NCBI GenBank assembly: GCA_963514005.1
Contig: OY740802.1
Span: 44,516,001-44,580,000 of the forward strand
Direction of reading: 5' to 3'
Origin: Raja brachyura
Taxonomy: Eukaryota
Length of the DNA: 64,000 bases
Positions 24,201 through 37,342 of the stretch are shown here, one piece after another. Position 1 is the first letter of the stretch; every line of letters starts with the position of its first letter. The notes under the pieces were generated by a model. The model saw only the letters and a list, made by a program, of their open reading frames with translations, did no database searches and was not told where the DNA came from. Position numbers and translations under genes: made by a program.

Positions 24201-24790
24201 TTTAGATTAGATTAGATTAGATTCTTTATTTGTCATTCAGACCTTTCAGTCTGAACGAAACATCGTACCCCTGCAGTCATACATACAATCCTTTTAAAAA
24301 TGACAGAACACACAACAAACACAAACCCAACATCCACCACAGTGAGTTCACCAAACACCTCCCCACTGTGATGGAAGGCAAAGTCTTAAAGTCTCTGTCT
24401 CTTCCCTCTTTGTCTCCCTCTGCACCGAGGCGATCCAGGCCTCAGTGTGACCCCACCAGGTGATGGTATACCACCGGGCCCGTGCTCGCGGTCAGGCCGC
24501 TGCCACTGCTGCCGCTACCGCTCCGGAACCGAGTCGGGTCGCCGCCGCCGCTGCTGCCGCCGCCGCTGTTGCTGGAACTGCCCCGGGACCGAGCCGGGCC
24601 GCTGCTGCCGCCGCTGTTGCTGCAACCGCCCCGGGTCCGAGCCGGGCCGCTGCTGCCGTTGCTGCCGCCGCTGTTGCTGGAACCGCCCCGGGTCCGAGCC
24701 GGGCCGCTGCTGCCGCCGCTGTTACTGGAACCGCCCCGGGTCCGAGCCGGGCCGCTGCTGCCGCCGCTGTTGCTGGAACCGCCCCGGGTC
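24201..24790 (-). mobile_element. Non-coding retroposon, 3' part with 48-bp GC-rich minisatellite (5' part displaced to 34847-35150)
   Basis: (ttaga)n tail at 24202-24224; unit gagccgggccgctgctgccgccgctgttgctggaaccgccccgggtcc; caaccc at 24195-24200 and 35151-35156. Confidence 0.75.
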
Positions 24791-24849
24791 ATCATATTGA
24801 ATGACGGTGCTGGCTCGAATGGACGAACCGCCTACTCCTGCACCTATTT

Positions 24850-27800
24850 TTCTTTCTTTCTTTAAAATCTTTTTATTAGTTTTTATCCAAAAAACAAAAA
24901 CTAAACAAAAAAAAACAAAGCGAAAAGAGTAATGATATTGATTACAATGATATTGATACATAGGGATCAGGATTACATTAATAACAGGTATAACCTGATA
25001 TGAGTCCAGTGTCAAAATACACATTGATTATAGACCGCCCGGTCTCTATGTAAATATAGTTAAATATCTAAAAGAAAACACATTTGTAGAAAAAAAACAC
25101 AAAGATATAAAGACGGAAAAAAGGAATAAAAGGAAGAAACAAAACCCCCCTAAACTAAAGAAAAAAATACAAATAAAAACAAAGCAAAACAGAATCTGAA
25201 CTGAGAATTTCAACAATTTAGGTCTGTTTGTCGTCAAGTCCGTTCCACATATAAAGGTAAAATAGTTCTTATAATGGTTGGAGAGGGAGCAATTTATGTT
25301 GTTTGAAAGTGTTGAATAAAATTTCCCCAAGTCTTAATTTAACCAAATTTAACCAAGGGTTCAACAATGTCACTTCTAATTTTTTCTAAATTTAAACATG
25401 ATATCGTTTCAGAGTACCACTGGACTGTGGTCGGAGGGTTGGAGTCTTTCAATTTAAATAAAATAGATCTTCTGGCGATTAATGTGGTAAAAGCAATCAG
25501 CCAATGGTCGGAGCGGAACAAATGAATAGAATCTGTCATTGGTAGCCCAAAAATTGCAGCATTAGGATGAGGTTGTAAATCAATACCTAAGACTACAGAA
25601 ATAGTGTCAAAAATGTCTTTCCAATATTTTTTCAAAAGTGGACAGGACCAAAACATATGGGTCAGTGAGGCCACTTCAGTCACACCTGTCACAGGTAGGA
25701 TTTATATGACCATAAAAACGAGCTCTTATCTTTTGACATATGAACTCTGTGAACCACCTTGAATTGTCTCAGAGCGTGTCTTGCACACATTGAAGAGGTA
25801 TTGACTAATTGAAGAATCCTCTCCCATTTCTCTATTGATAGAGACATTTGGAGTTCTCTTTCCCAGTCATTCTTAATTTTATCGACTATATCTATTTGTA
25901 ATTTCAAAATCAACTCATAAATAGTCGTTATTAATCATTTCTGATAAGAGTTCAAATGTAAATTTTTCCCCAAAATTTCGGTTTGAAGTTGTAGCGGATA
26001 AAAGGGTAGAGTAGCCTTCAAAAAATGTCTAATTTGTAAATATCTAAAAAAGTGTGAATTCGGTAAATTATATTTATTGGAGAGTTCTATTTATTTGAAA
26101 GACATAAAACAACCATCCAAAAATAAATCACGAAAAGCCACTAATCCCTTCCTCTTCAATATCAAAAAGGCTTGATCAGCACTAGAATGTTGGAAGAGAA
26201 AATTAGATAAGATAGGACTCGATAAGATAAAATCTTTTAGTCCAAAAAACGTACCAAATTGAAACCATATTCGAAACGTATGTCTTATTATTGGGTTAAT
26301 CGTATATTTATTAAATCTCGTAATTGTAAAAGGTAACGAGACCCCCAGAATAGAAGCCAATGAAAGCCCTTGTAAGGAATCACGTTCAAGATTTATCCAT
26401 CCTGGGCATTGGGTATCTTCTAAATCTTTTGTCGAAAATGTTAGATAACGAACATTGACTGCCCAATAGTAGAATCTTAGGTAAAATGAACATTTTGATA
26501 GCATTGATTTGGCCGATTAAAGATAAGGACTTTGGTGACCAATTAGTAAACTTTAATATGGTCAATTAAAGGCATAAAATTAGCTTTAAATAAATCCTTG
26601 CGTTTGTTGGTGATCTTAATACCTAGATAAGTAAAACGTTCCGTAGTCAATCTAAGCGGAAACTGTCCACAGTTCGAAACTAGATTATTTAATGGAAAAA
26701 GCTCACACACATACTAAAATTTAGTTTATAACCAGAGAAACTACTAAGTTGATTAAGTATTGCTACTATTGCCGGAATAGATTTATCAGGGCTAGACATA
26801 AATAAGAACATATCATCTGCATAAAGAAATAGCTTATATGTCTTATTCCCGCGGACAATACCAAAAATATTAGGGGATTCCCTAATAGCGGTGGCCAAAG
26901 GTTCCAAGGCAATATCAAATAGTAAGGAGTTAAGGGACAGCCCTGTCTAGTACATCGAAAGACCTGAAAAAAGGGGATCTCTGATTATTAGTAAGTACAG
27001 TAGCATGAGGTATATGATATATCAGCTTGATCCAAGAAATACATTTTGGACCAATCTTAAAATATTCAAGTGTATTGAATACGTATTCCTATCCTACTCT
27101 ATCAAACGCCTTCTCGGCATCAAGTGAAATGACACATTCTGGGGTTTTATTTGACGCTGCATATACAATATTCTTTAATCTCCTAATGGTAATGTTTGAG
27201 TAACGACTTTTAATAAAACCTGTCTGATCTTCAGAGATAATTCGCGGTAAAATATTTTCCAATCTCATAGCTAATATTTTGGAAAGAAATTTGAAAACTA
27301 CATTTAACAGTGTCACTGCAGTAGGGTATTTATCTTTTTTAAGAATTAAAGAAATAGATGCTTCATAAAAAGATTGTGGTAATCTATTCCTTAAAAAGGC
27401 TTCTTTAAATACCCTGCAAAGCCAGGGAGACAATATATTTGAAAAATACTTTTAAAATTCTACTGTAAACCCATCATAACCGGGAGGTTTACCAAAATTA
27501 ATTGAAAGGATTGCTTCCGTGATGGGTTCATCTAACAACAGAGACTAATTATATGGTAAATTTCGTAAGTTCTATAAAAACGCATGCATTATATTGGAAT
27601 CAGTAGAAAATTCTGATTGGTATAGGGAGGTATAAAATTCCCGACAGGATTGATTAAATTCGTCATGGTCTACAGTTAGTGTACCATCCCGTTTACTCAG
27701 TTTAGTAATCTGATGCTTGGCCAACACCGCTTTCAACTGACTAGCGAGTAATTTACAGATTTTTTGCCATGTATATAAAATTGACTTTTGGTTTTATGTA

Positions 27801-29680
27801 GCTGGTTCTCAATCGGTGATACTAATAACAAATCATATCTCAATTGAAGTTCAACTTTATTTTTGTAGATCTCTAAACTAGGAGCTTTTGAATATGTTTT
27901 ATCAATTTATTTAATGTCGTCAGCCAATGTACGTATTTCTTTTTGAGTTTGTTTTTTTCAACCCCGTGGAATATGAAATAATTTGTCCATGAATATATGC
28001 CTTAAAAGCACCCCAGACAACACCACTGGATATTTCTTCAGTAGAGTTTGTGAAGAAGTAAAAAGAAATCTGATCTTTAATACTATTAATAAAGTTCAAG
28101 TCTTGAAGCAAAGTAGCATTAAATCGCCATTGTTTGGCACTAAACTTGGAATCAGGTAGTTTGATTGATAGTTTCAATGGTGCGCGATCAGAAATAGCAA
28201 TTGCATCATACTCACATGCAACGACCGACGAAACTAGCCGAGAATCTATTATAAAGTAGTCAATCCCAGAATAACTATGAACAAAAAGAGAATTATTTGT
28301 CATTTGGGTGTAAGAATCTCCAAACTTCTAACATTCCAGAATCAAGTAAAAAATAATTGATACAACTAGCTGATTTATTTGGAAGCACATGATCAGATGT
28401 AGAGCTGCCAATCAAGGGGTTCTGACAGCAGTTGAAATATCCACCCACTATTAAAAAGTGTTCATTTAAATTAGGAAAGGATGCAATTAACTGTTTAAAA
28501 AACTCAGGGTGATCAATATTTGGTGCTTAAACATTCACCATAACAACCTTTTGCTTATTGAGAACACCAAATATCTGCAATATGGATCAGAAATTGTTTC
28601 ATAATGAACAAACGGAATTGAGGAGTCAATAAAAATAAAGACTCCTTTCACCTTAGCCTGTGAATTTGAATGAAACGGCTGTCCTCACCAAAACTTGAAA
28701 AATCGTTGATTGTCATCTTGCCTTACATGAGTTTCCTGAACAAAATTTCTCTCTTAATGGGATGGCTCAAGCCATTCACATTCCATGAAAGGAAGTTAAT
28801 AACTTTATCCATATTGCTTGTAAAAGTCATGTGGGATGTAAAGGGTTACTTTTTTTAAAGCCTAATAGTTCATGACACTGGAAGAAGAAAGATCAAGGGC
28901 GGAACCAGAAGTGACGACATTTCAGACATTTTTGCACAAATGAAGAACACTAAATAAGAAACAAGAAACCCCTCTAGCCCTCCCACCCCTGTAAAGCACG
29001 AAACTAACCAATAGATAGTCAGTAAGCTACGTAATCCCTTCCCTACCCCCATTTCTCCCAGCAACAGCACCCGACATAGAGAAGATCATATTTCTGGCAA
29101 ACCACCAATTTGTAAATTCAATCGACGGCTTCTGTTTTCCAGGTCCATATTTTTAGTCTTATATTGCTGAAGTGCTCGAGTAGTTTCATTCATTCTCCGT
29201 TCCAGTTTTTCAATCTTTAAATCTCTCTCCTGGCCCAGGATTCGCAAGTTATCAATTTGTTCCTTTTGTTCACGATGTTCATCTTGTAACATAGTCAGCT
29301 TTCCTGGAACTTCAATTTGCTCGAAACTCCTTTCACCATTTCTACCAAACTGCCAAATCTTGTTTTTGTTTCATGTTTCAGTTCATTTTTCAATTCATCG
29401 GTGATTTTCGATATTGCTTCCATGATACTAGGGTCAGAAGCTGTGGCTGTGGTTGTGGCTTTCCCCTGTTCCTTCCTTGGGGAGCCTCCTTTCCTTCTTG
29501 TCTCCATCCTTTACACGATTAATGCCTTTAAAAGTGTTATCCACACTTTATGAAAAGTTAGACCGTGCCTTGAAGTCAAATAGTCACAAGTAACTTTGAA
29601 AGAGTGGTAATTGAAGGTTAAAAGTTAAGGGAGAAAACGAATTTGCAACCTTTACAGCATGCTGCCACAAGGAGAGTCAC
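24850..29680 (-). mobile_element. Near full-length degenerate L1-clade LINE inserted in a CR1 tail
   Basis: ORF1 from 29507 (coiled coil, DLENRSRRLNLQIGGLPE); ORF2 ATG at 28812 (SWNVNGL endonuclease, [30 protein letters not shown]). Confidence 0.92.
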
Positions 29681-29714
29681 TATTTTCTATTTTTCTATGT
29701 TTTCATGTTTCCAA

Positions 29715-30845
29715 TATATGCAAAAAAGTAACAATGATAAAGAAAAAGGACATGTTAGCTGTTTCCTGGTTTTGAACGAGGTATAGACAATGAGACAGAA
29801 CACAATAACTTGGAATTTACTGCGACCTAGGTAAGATAGGGATGGGGAGAGAGAATGCAGTAGTTAATTGAAGTTAGAGAAATAAATGTTCATTCCTCTG
29901 GGTTGTAAGTTGTCCAAGCGAAATATGAGATCTGTTCCTCTTATTTGTGCTTGGCCACGCTCTGACAATGGAGGAGGCCTCGGAGACAAAGGTTAGTGTG
30001 GGAATGGGAAGCGGATTAAAGTATTTGGCAACCGGGAATTCAGGCACATCCAGGCAGACTGAGCTAAGGTTTTCAGCGAAACGATCGAAGAGCCTGCGCT
30101 TGGTATCGCCGATATATAGGAGCCAACACCTGGAACAGGAGATACAGTAAATGAGGTTGGTGGAAATGAAAGTGAATATCTGCCTCACCTGAAAAGATTG
30201 TCCGGATTCTTGGACGGATTCGAGGGAGGAGGTGCAAGGACAGGTGCTATAGCTACCGTGGTTGCAGGGGAAAATACCTAGGATGGGGGAGGGGAGGGGG
30301 GTATTATCCCGAAGGAAGTGTAAATGAGTGAGTTGCGGAGGGAACGGTCTGTGCGGAAAGCTGCTGGGTTGAAGATGGGGAGATATGGCTCGTGACAGGA
30401 TCCCGGTAATTGTGGCGGATATGTCGGAGGTTTATGTGTTTTATGCGATGGCTGATGGGGTGAAAGATAAAGTCTGCGGACACTGTCCATGTTGCGGTGG
30501 AAAGGGGAGCAATAGCGGAGCTGTAGGATATCAAGAAGACCATAGTGAGGGTCAGATGCGGCACAGACGGTTGAGTTGGGTGTAGGGGACAGAGACTTAG
30601 CAAGAGGCAGGGTGGAAAGAAATATCGTCAACGTAGATGTGGGAGTCAGTAGGTTTATAGTAGACTTCCGTCGCTAGTCTATCTCCTGTGATGGAGACGG
30701 TCAGATTTAGAAACGGTAGGGAGATGTCGGAGGTGGTCCAAGTGAATTTGGGTGCGGGATGCAAATAAGTTGTGATGTTAATGAAGTCCGGGATTTCTAC
30801 GTGGGTGAAGGAGGTAGCACCGAATCACTCTTCAATGTTTCACGT
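29715..30845 (-). mobile_element. Penelope-like remnant (paralog of 6455-7610)
   Basis: NLIYCISCSRCWLLYIGDTKRRL. Confidence 0.82.
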
Positions 30846-31914
30846 GGTAGGCGCACTGTTGTTATTATGGACTCAAAGCAGCGAATGAACGTGACGGGAC
30901 GGATTCCCTTCTGATTTACACCAATAGTTAATCGTCAATCAGCACATAAAATGTATCCAACCAATACAATCTTAAACACTAATAAACGCCCATCCATTGT
31001 AAGACAATTGTGATAGGAACACTCGGAGAACAATTCTAGATATTTAGTTATGGTCTGACTTCAGTCTTGAATGTCAAAGGGGACATTGAACAAATCAATT
31101 TGAATCGACATTGATATGAGCAGTTGTCAACGATTCAGGGAAAATTCGTTACTTTCCATTAAGTGGTGTAAATTCGCTTCCTTCTGTCACTGCATTTTTC
31201 CAAGGAACTACCTGCAACTTCCTAAGATAAAAAGAATGATTACCATATAAACATTAGCTTAAATATTACACATTTGCTCAATTGATAACAAGAGAAAAAG
31301 TCATATAAGTCTGTCATGGGCTTTTAATTCCTATGTAATATGTGTTCTGCGAGCTGTTTAACGGGACCTTGCAGAACATGTCAAAACGAACGAACAACTA
31401 ATCTGGAAAATATTGTGCCAAAGCGACCGTTTCCTTCCCGAAGTCGCGGTTTAATGTAAATCGGCATCTCGTGGAGCACATTTGAAAAAGTATTGATAAT
31501 GAAGTAGGCCTTAACATTACAATCGAACTCCATTACTGTTCGAAGTCTCATTGCTGCTGGGTATGAAAACGTGAACGAGTAAGAGTGAAAAAATGGTGAA
31601 CACTATCTAATCCATCACGGATAATGACATTCCCACCATCGATGTGATCTACCGCAGTTAGCTGTCTGTAAAATACAGCCATGCTCATCAGAGACCGTCA
31701 CCACCCAGATTCTCATTTTACACCTGCCATCTGGAACATTACAATTGTAACTGCTAAAGGTTCAGCAGATGTTTCTTCCAAACAACCATCATCGGGCTGT
31801 TACAGAATACCACCCATCATGCGGGGCGGAAGGGCTGGGGAGGGATTGTTTTATATTGTGGTTTATGCAGAGTACGATGTTTACTTTCTGTGCTGCGAGT
31901 ACCTTTTTCATTGT

Positions 31915-32047
31915 GGGTTACACAAAAAGCTGGAGAAACGCAGCGGGTGCAGCAGCATCTAAGGAGCGAAGGAGATAGGCGACGTTTCGGGTCGAGACCC
32001 TTCTTCAGACGCTACCAGAATCCAGCATCTGCAGTTCCTTCTTTAAC
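31915..32047 (-). mobile_element. 133-bp Penelope pLTR-derived insertion with hammerhead core
   Basis: 14-bp TSD acctttttcattgt (31901-31914, 32048-32061); absent from the paralog at ~37850. Confidence 0.85.
31978..32010 (-). ncRNA. Minimal type I hammerhead ribozyme motif
   Basis: Reverse strand gtCTGAAGAa-gggtc-tc-gaccc-GAAACGTC; stem I only ~2 bp. Confidence 0.55.
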
Positions 32048-32662
32048 ACCTTTTTCATTGTTCCGTTTTCGAACAGAGGATGAACACGTGACTCTTGGAA
32101 GATAACTCGCCCTGTGTCACTGGCAAAAAGCTGACAATACCTCACAGAACCACGCGTAACTTTCTTCCAGATGTTATGTGAATGTCGTGAGTCTCTGTCA
32201 GAATTCGTCAATCTGGTCTACATTTGGTTCCTGAATTTGAATGCTCAGATTTGAAGTGTAATATTTTAAAATATTTGAAGAATGGGTTATATATCTAGAT
32301 AGTATCAATTCAGTAGAAAAGAGGCAACGGAGCCAATCTCCACATGGGAGAAGGGCTCTTTAGGTATATAAACCGTCAGACCTACTGCACATCAATTGTA
32401 ACTATGCACATTGCCGCGGTCTTATCCATGGACTGTCAGTATCTCCTTCCTCTATAAATATAAATTATGTTGCTAAGCTTGCTTGTAAGGGCATTAGCAA
32501 ATCTCGTTACTTCCATCTGCTGCTTAGTTAATTAGTATAATGTAATCCGAAAGTGCCTCTAAATTAGCAATTGTACAAAATTTTGGGATTTAAACAAATG
32601 AAGTCTGCAATTTATCCCATGAAATAAAGCATAAAAAGAAGTAAAATTTGACACCTAATTCA

Positions 32663-33018
32663 CGGTGTATCGGCGGGTCGGGCCCTTTAGCGACAGGGCT
32701 CCCCGACTTCATCGCCTTCTTCCCGGCCTGACTCGCAGGTGCAGCCGTTGATGAGGGCTCCGGGATGGGTGGCCGGCGACTCCGGGCGGACGTCCTACGG
32801 CCTTTGTTTCTCCCGTCCATGCCCCTGTTGAAAGAACACACTCTCCCAACAGGAACCAACCAACTTAAGGTTAGTTTCACTTACCTTAGTGGCTCCTTAT
32901 GAAGGGCTGTTGGGGAGCCGCGCTCCACCCCGGCCGTCGGCAGCAATGCGTTGCGACGATATGTCGCGCATGCGTGCTGGCGGATTCTTCACGAAGTCAC
33001 TCACGTGACTCCGAAATG
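32663..33018 (-). mobile_element. Duplicate of the DIRS 5' fragment, further truncated
   Basis: Reverse complement of 22985-23341. Confidence 0.8.
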
Positions 33019-33539
33019 AAATACGTCTCGCCGTGTGCGCATTAAAGAACAAAATCAAACAGAATGGAATCACTGGGGTCAACAACGGCTCGGTCCAAGA
33101 AAATGCGATCCATGCGGGCAGGTAATAGAAACCAATCGGATTCGGCAGCCCCACAGTAAACCATTATGCTTGAACCAATAATTATAAGCGAAAGGCCAGG
33201 GAGCGTTCTGTAAACAGAAGAAGGTACATAGGGTCACCATAACCACCGCCGCGGTTCTGTCGGTGCAGTATCTGGATCTCAGATTCTGTTTGGAGATGGC
33301 CACAAACCTATCAAAGGTGAAAGCGACCGTGAACCAAACGGAACAGTCTACGGCCGCGGCGGAGATGAAGAGAATAAACCTGCACAAAGGAGTGAAGTAC
33401 AGGATTGTGTTCCGCCAATAAAGAACGGCAATCCGACTTAAAATCACTTCGCAGACAATCACCGTGAGGTCCGCCTTAGCCACCAGATAACGAGTCATGC
33501 ATTTGGAGCGGGACAGGATCACAATCGCCAGTAGATTCA
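33018..33539 (-). pseudogene. GPR139-like GPCR pseudogene (copy 3), TM1-TM5 only
   Basis: Shares the deletions and DIRS insertion of copy 2, adds a 1-bp deletion near 33131, and lacks the 3' half. Confidence 0.92.
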
Positions 33540-34481
33540 CTGGGGGAGTAAGAAAGAAGCAATGGTGATTATGTGGACAGAAGAACTTTCGAGTTGAGGG
33601 ATGGGTGGGTATATATTGTTATTTTGCTTGCTTTCCTAAAATTGTGAACAGGATGGCATGGTCGGAGATTTCTTTGGAGATTTCATTTGGTTTGAATGCG
33701 ATCCCTGATACTGCGCTCACGAACAAACATTCCACCGAACAGTGAATTAACTGTTGAATGGAAGTGCAGTATGAATAACAAGAGTAAAATTCGTGTTAAT
33801 CGGGTGCACCTTTCGGAACGGCATTTGTTTACCGGGTTTGCAACGTTTCGGGCTCAGCACAAACTCACATGTGGGGAATGAACTACAGATCCGGGATTTC
33901 CATCAGATCATCAGAACTCCTCACAACCGCACTAAAGGTCACTCTGACATTGAGAACAAACCAGCTGTCTGGGGAATCCATTCTCCCCAAGTATGACACA
34001 GAGAGATTTGAAGGGGAACATACACGCACGCATACACACAAACACACACACGTGCACACAGACACCGACACACACACATGTATACACACTTGTACACATA
34101 CAAACACCCACATATACACACACGCGCACGTTGACACACACCCACACACACACATACAGATACATTGATCCACCCAAGGTACAAATGCACCAGCTCCCTC
34201 GACGAGGTCCAATCATCAGAAATCCGCCAAAACGTATAGATGTACATTTTTCATCCTCTGCACAGTTCCTTGTCCAGAATCCAAAACCAGGATATGGAGA
34301 TTTTAAATCAGGCAACAATCAGTGGTGCATTTATGCTGAGCCGGGTTGTGGCGCGAGTTGGCGTCTTCTTCGGTGGTTGTGTGGGGTGGTCCAGTGACAG
34401 TGTGTGTGTGGGCCCAGTGACAGTGCATGGGCCCAGTGTTAGTGTGTGTGTGGGCCCTGTGATAGTGTGTGGGCCCCAGGA

Positions 34482-34529
<48 letters not shown>

Positions 34530-34662
34530 CCAGGGATAGTGTCTGACAAACGACAATAGATAATAGGTGCAGGATTAGGCCATTCAGGCCAGCATTGCCA
34601 TTACCTGTGATCATGGCTGATCATCTACATTCAGTACCCTGTGCATGCATTCTCCCCATATC

Positions 34663-34796
34663 NNNNNNNNNNNNNNNNNNNNNNNNNNNNNNNNNNNNNN
34701 NNNNNNNNNNNNNNNNNNNNNNNNNNNNNNNNNNNNNNNNNNNNNNNNNNNNNNNNNNNNNNNNNNNNNNNNNNNNNNNNNNNNNNNNNNNNNNNN
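34663..34796. other. Assembly gap (134 N), probably an (AAT)n tract
   Basis: Flanks match 21244 and 21141, which bracket the (ATT)n tail in the direct copy. Confidence 0.9.
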
Positions 34797-34846
34797 GGAA
34801 ATTCAGATGTCCAGAAACCCCCATCCAACAAACCCACACATTCAAA

Positions 34847-35150
34847 ACAGCAGCCGCCGCTGGAACTGCTCCGGGACCGAGTCGGGTCGCCGCCGCCGCC
34901 GGGACAGCCCCGGGGCCCGAGGCCGCCAGCCTCGCGACTAGGCCCCGGCGCAGACGGAAGCGAAGACGGGGAATACAGCAGAAAAGTCGCACCCCCCCCC
35001 CCCCCCAAGGAAGAGACCCAGACATGTTACTCCCCCCCACCCACATACACACACAATCCAACAAAACAAAACTAACCAAAACAGGACAAAAAAATAAAAA
35101 ATAACAGACGGACTGCAGGCGGGCCGCAGCTGTTAAACCAGAGCCGCCAC
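34847..35150 (-). mobile_element. 5' part of the minisatellite retroposon begun at 24201
   Basis: Same GC-rich unit; end aacagacggactgcaggcgggccgcagctg matches 51157-51186. Confidence 0.72.
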
Positions 35151-35752
35151 CAACCCGATGTTAACTTCTACTGCAGTGGACGTCCTGTATCTCCAGTTGA
35201 AATATTCCGCGATATCTCTGATTTCCTTTCAACCCAGTGGCCACCCCATTAGCGTACATTACCAATCTTACCGTTCATTATCCTAAGTTCGCTCTTCTGG
35301 GGAGATGCTAACTGCATTTCATTGTCTCTGTACTGTACACTACACAATGACAATTAAATATTGAATTGAATTTAATTTAATCAGGCTCTAAATGCCCCAG
35401 CCTCTAAGTTCAATAGTCAAGAGGGTGTGATTGTCATATGTCCCAGATAGGACAATGAAATTCTAGCTTGCTGCAGCACGACAGAATATGTAAACATAAT
35501 CCGGAACAGGAGATAAAAGCTTAGTGTGTCTATATACCATAGACCATATATATCCCGATGCGTTCCACGTCCTTAGCACTCTAATTCTTCGAAGCATCCA
35601 GTGATTAATCATGTAGCTGCCCAAGTCACAAATGTATTTGATGACATTAAAGTAGTGCGTCTCCCACATTCCAGCTGCAACATTCAGATAAACGGGAGTT
35701 TCATTATATTACTGGAGCTCCCTTTCAACAGAACGTGTTATTCCCATTGAGG

Positions 35753-37342
35753 TAGCGATGTTCCAATACCTACCTTCAGAGGTGCTGCAGTTCTGCAACT
35801 GGCCGTGTGCGCGGGGGGGGGGGGGGGGGGGTTAAATTCCAGTTTTGTACCGTTTATCGGATGCGAGTCGATAAAGAAAAATCGATCGGACGTCCGTTCC
35901 CGATTTTATTTTTAATTGCTGTACAATTTAATAGTTGGATTAAAATAAAAAGCGACTTCTTCCGGCCTCAACGCCTACAACGTGACGGATTGCAAAGGAA
36001 AACAAAGGGTAACTCGTTTATTTTACATATAATCTTGCTTCTTGGGTGGCTTTAATCTAATTTGCGAAAATGTGATTTGGGCCCCATACGAACCGGCAGT
36101 ATTTTTCCTGCCGATATGTGGTTCAAATTTACCGAAAATGCAACGTTCCAATCCAGAAACACGCACTCGCAAGATGATTAAATTCTCTTTTTTTTTGGTC
36201 AATCATGTCATAAGAACATCTAAATCGTCTATATTTGGTGCAATTGTATAATCAAAATTTGTATGCTAAATATACACAACAGCTTTAGCAACATTTATTG
36301 TGCAAAAAATAATAATTATATTGAACGTAGATATTTCTAGATTAATTTATGGGAATTAAGTATTAAATTCCTTCCATCTGGCATATGTTCATGACAGTGA
36401 GATTTTAAAAGCATGTTATATTGTGAATTCTTGTGTGAATGGGATTAGTTTGTTCTTTTGATATTTAGGCTATTTAAAACAATTATCCTTTTCTTAAGAA
36501 ATGGAATCTACAGGACATGCTTAATGGGAAAGTAGTGGGCAGAAAGGCATGTCATGAGGTTTGAAGAACAACTTGTAGTTTACAATACTAAAATTGAAAA
36601 GTTGAGGAAAAACAAGCTGTACAGAGTTGCTTATTGGTTACAATCTGAGGAGTATGACGATGCTATTGATTATGATATGCCAATGACCTTCTCCATAAAG
36701 ACTCAGTCTATTGCTAGAAATTGTAATTTATTTACCCATCCGTTACGGACTTACAGCATATAATGCAATAATATTAAAGTTCTCATCTTGAAAATATCAC
36801 ATTTTTCAATTTACAAGGCAGTCTGGGTGTTTATTACTATTTCGTAATTTTCGCAATTTTGTAATTAGCTACTATTAGGTGACTAACTACTTATAGGGTT
36901 TAATTTCAGGTCATCCAAGTAAGATGTTTTAAGTAAGAATCCAAGTAAGAAGTGTTTCGGCCTGAAACGTTGCCTATTTCCTTCTCTCCATAGATGCTGC
37001 TGCACCCGCTGAGTTTCTCTAGCATTTTTTTGTTCCTAAGATGTTTTATATTTGTTTCAGAATGCGTCAATCTATAAAAACTGAAAATGTCATTCAGTTG
37101 TCTTAATTTTTAAGAAGGTTATGGGCTTTTGACTGTTCTCGATCACAGCTTTTGTTTCAAGTCAATTGAAAAGCAATGGGGAACAAGATGCTAATTTCCG
37201 AGTGTGAAAATGGCCATAACCTTTTTAATGCTGAAGATATGAAAGTGAATTAGGTGTCAAACTTTACTTATTTTTATGTTTTATCTCATGGGATAAATTG
37301 CAGACTTAATTTTTAAAATCCCCAAATTTTGTACAATTGCTA
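35753..37342 (+). mobile_element. Non-autonomous TIR DNA transposon (TAG...CTA ends, hAT-like)
   Basis: Ends tagcgatgttccaa and ttgtacaattgcta; empty site in copy 1 at ~4065; homologous to 57698-58727; short coding-like remnant at 36554-36690. Confidence 0.75.
36932..37036 (+). mobile_element. Short Penelope pLTR-derived insertion nested in the DNA transposon
   Basis: 12-bp TSD taagatgtttta (36920-36931, 37037-37048). Confidence 0.75.

Larger units (their letters stand above)
24791..34846 (-). repeat. Inverted segmental duplicate of 21092-23341 and 37246-42455
   Basis: 32663-34846 is the reverse complement of 21092-23341; 29730-32663 of 37246-40043; 27423-28370 of 41501-42455. Confidence 0.92.

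Noticed and set aside
24480-24790. Regular repeats and Pro/Ala/Gly-rich ORFs as a CRISPR array or repeat protein (also 50575-50930)
   Set aside because: Head-to-tail units without unique spacers, no cas genes, eukaryotic context; frames are open on both strands because of GC content
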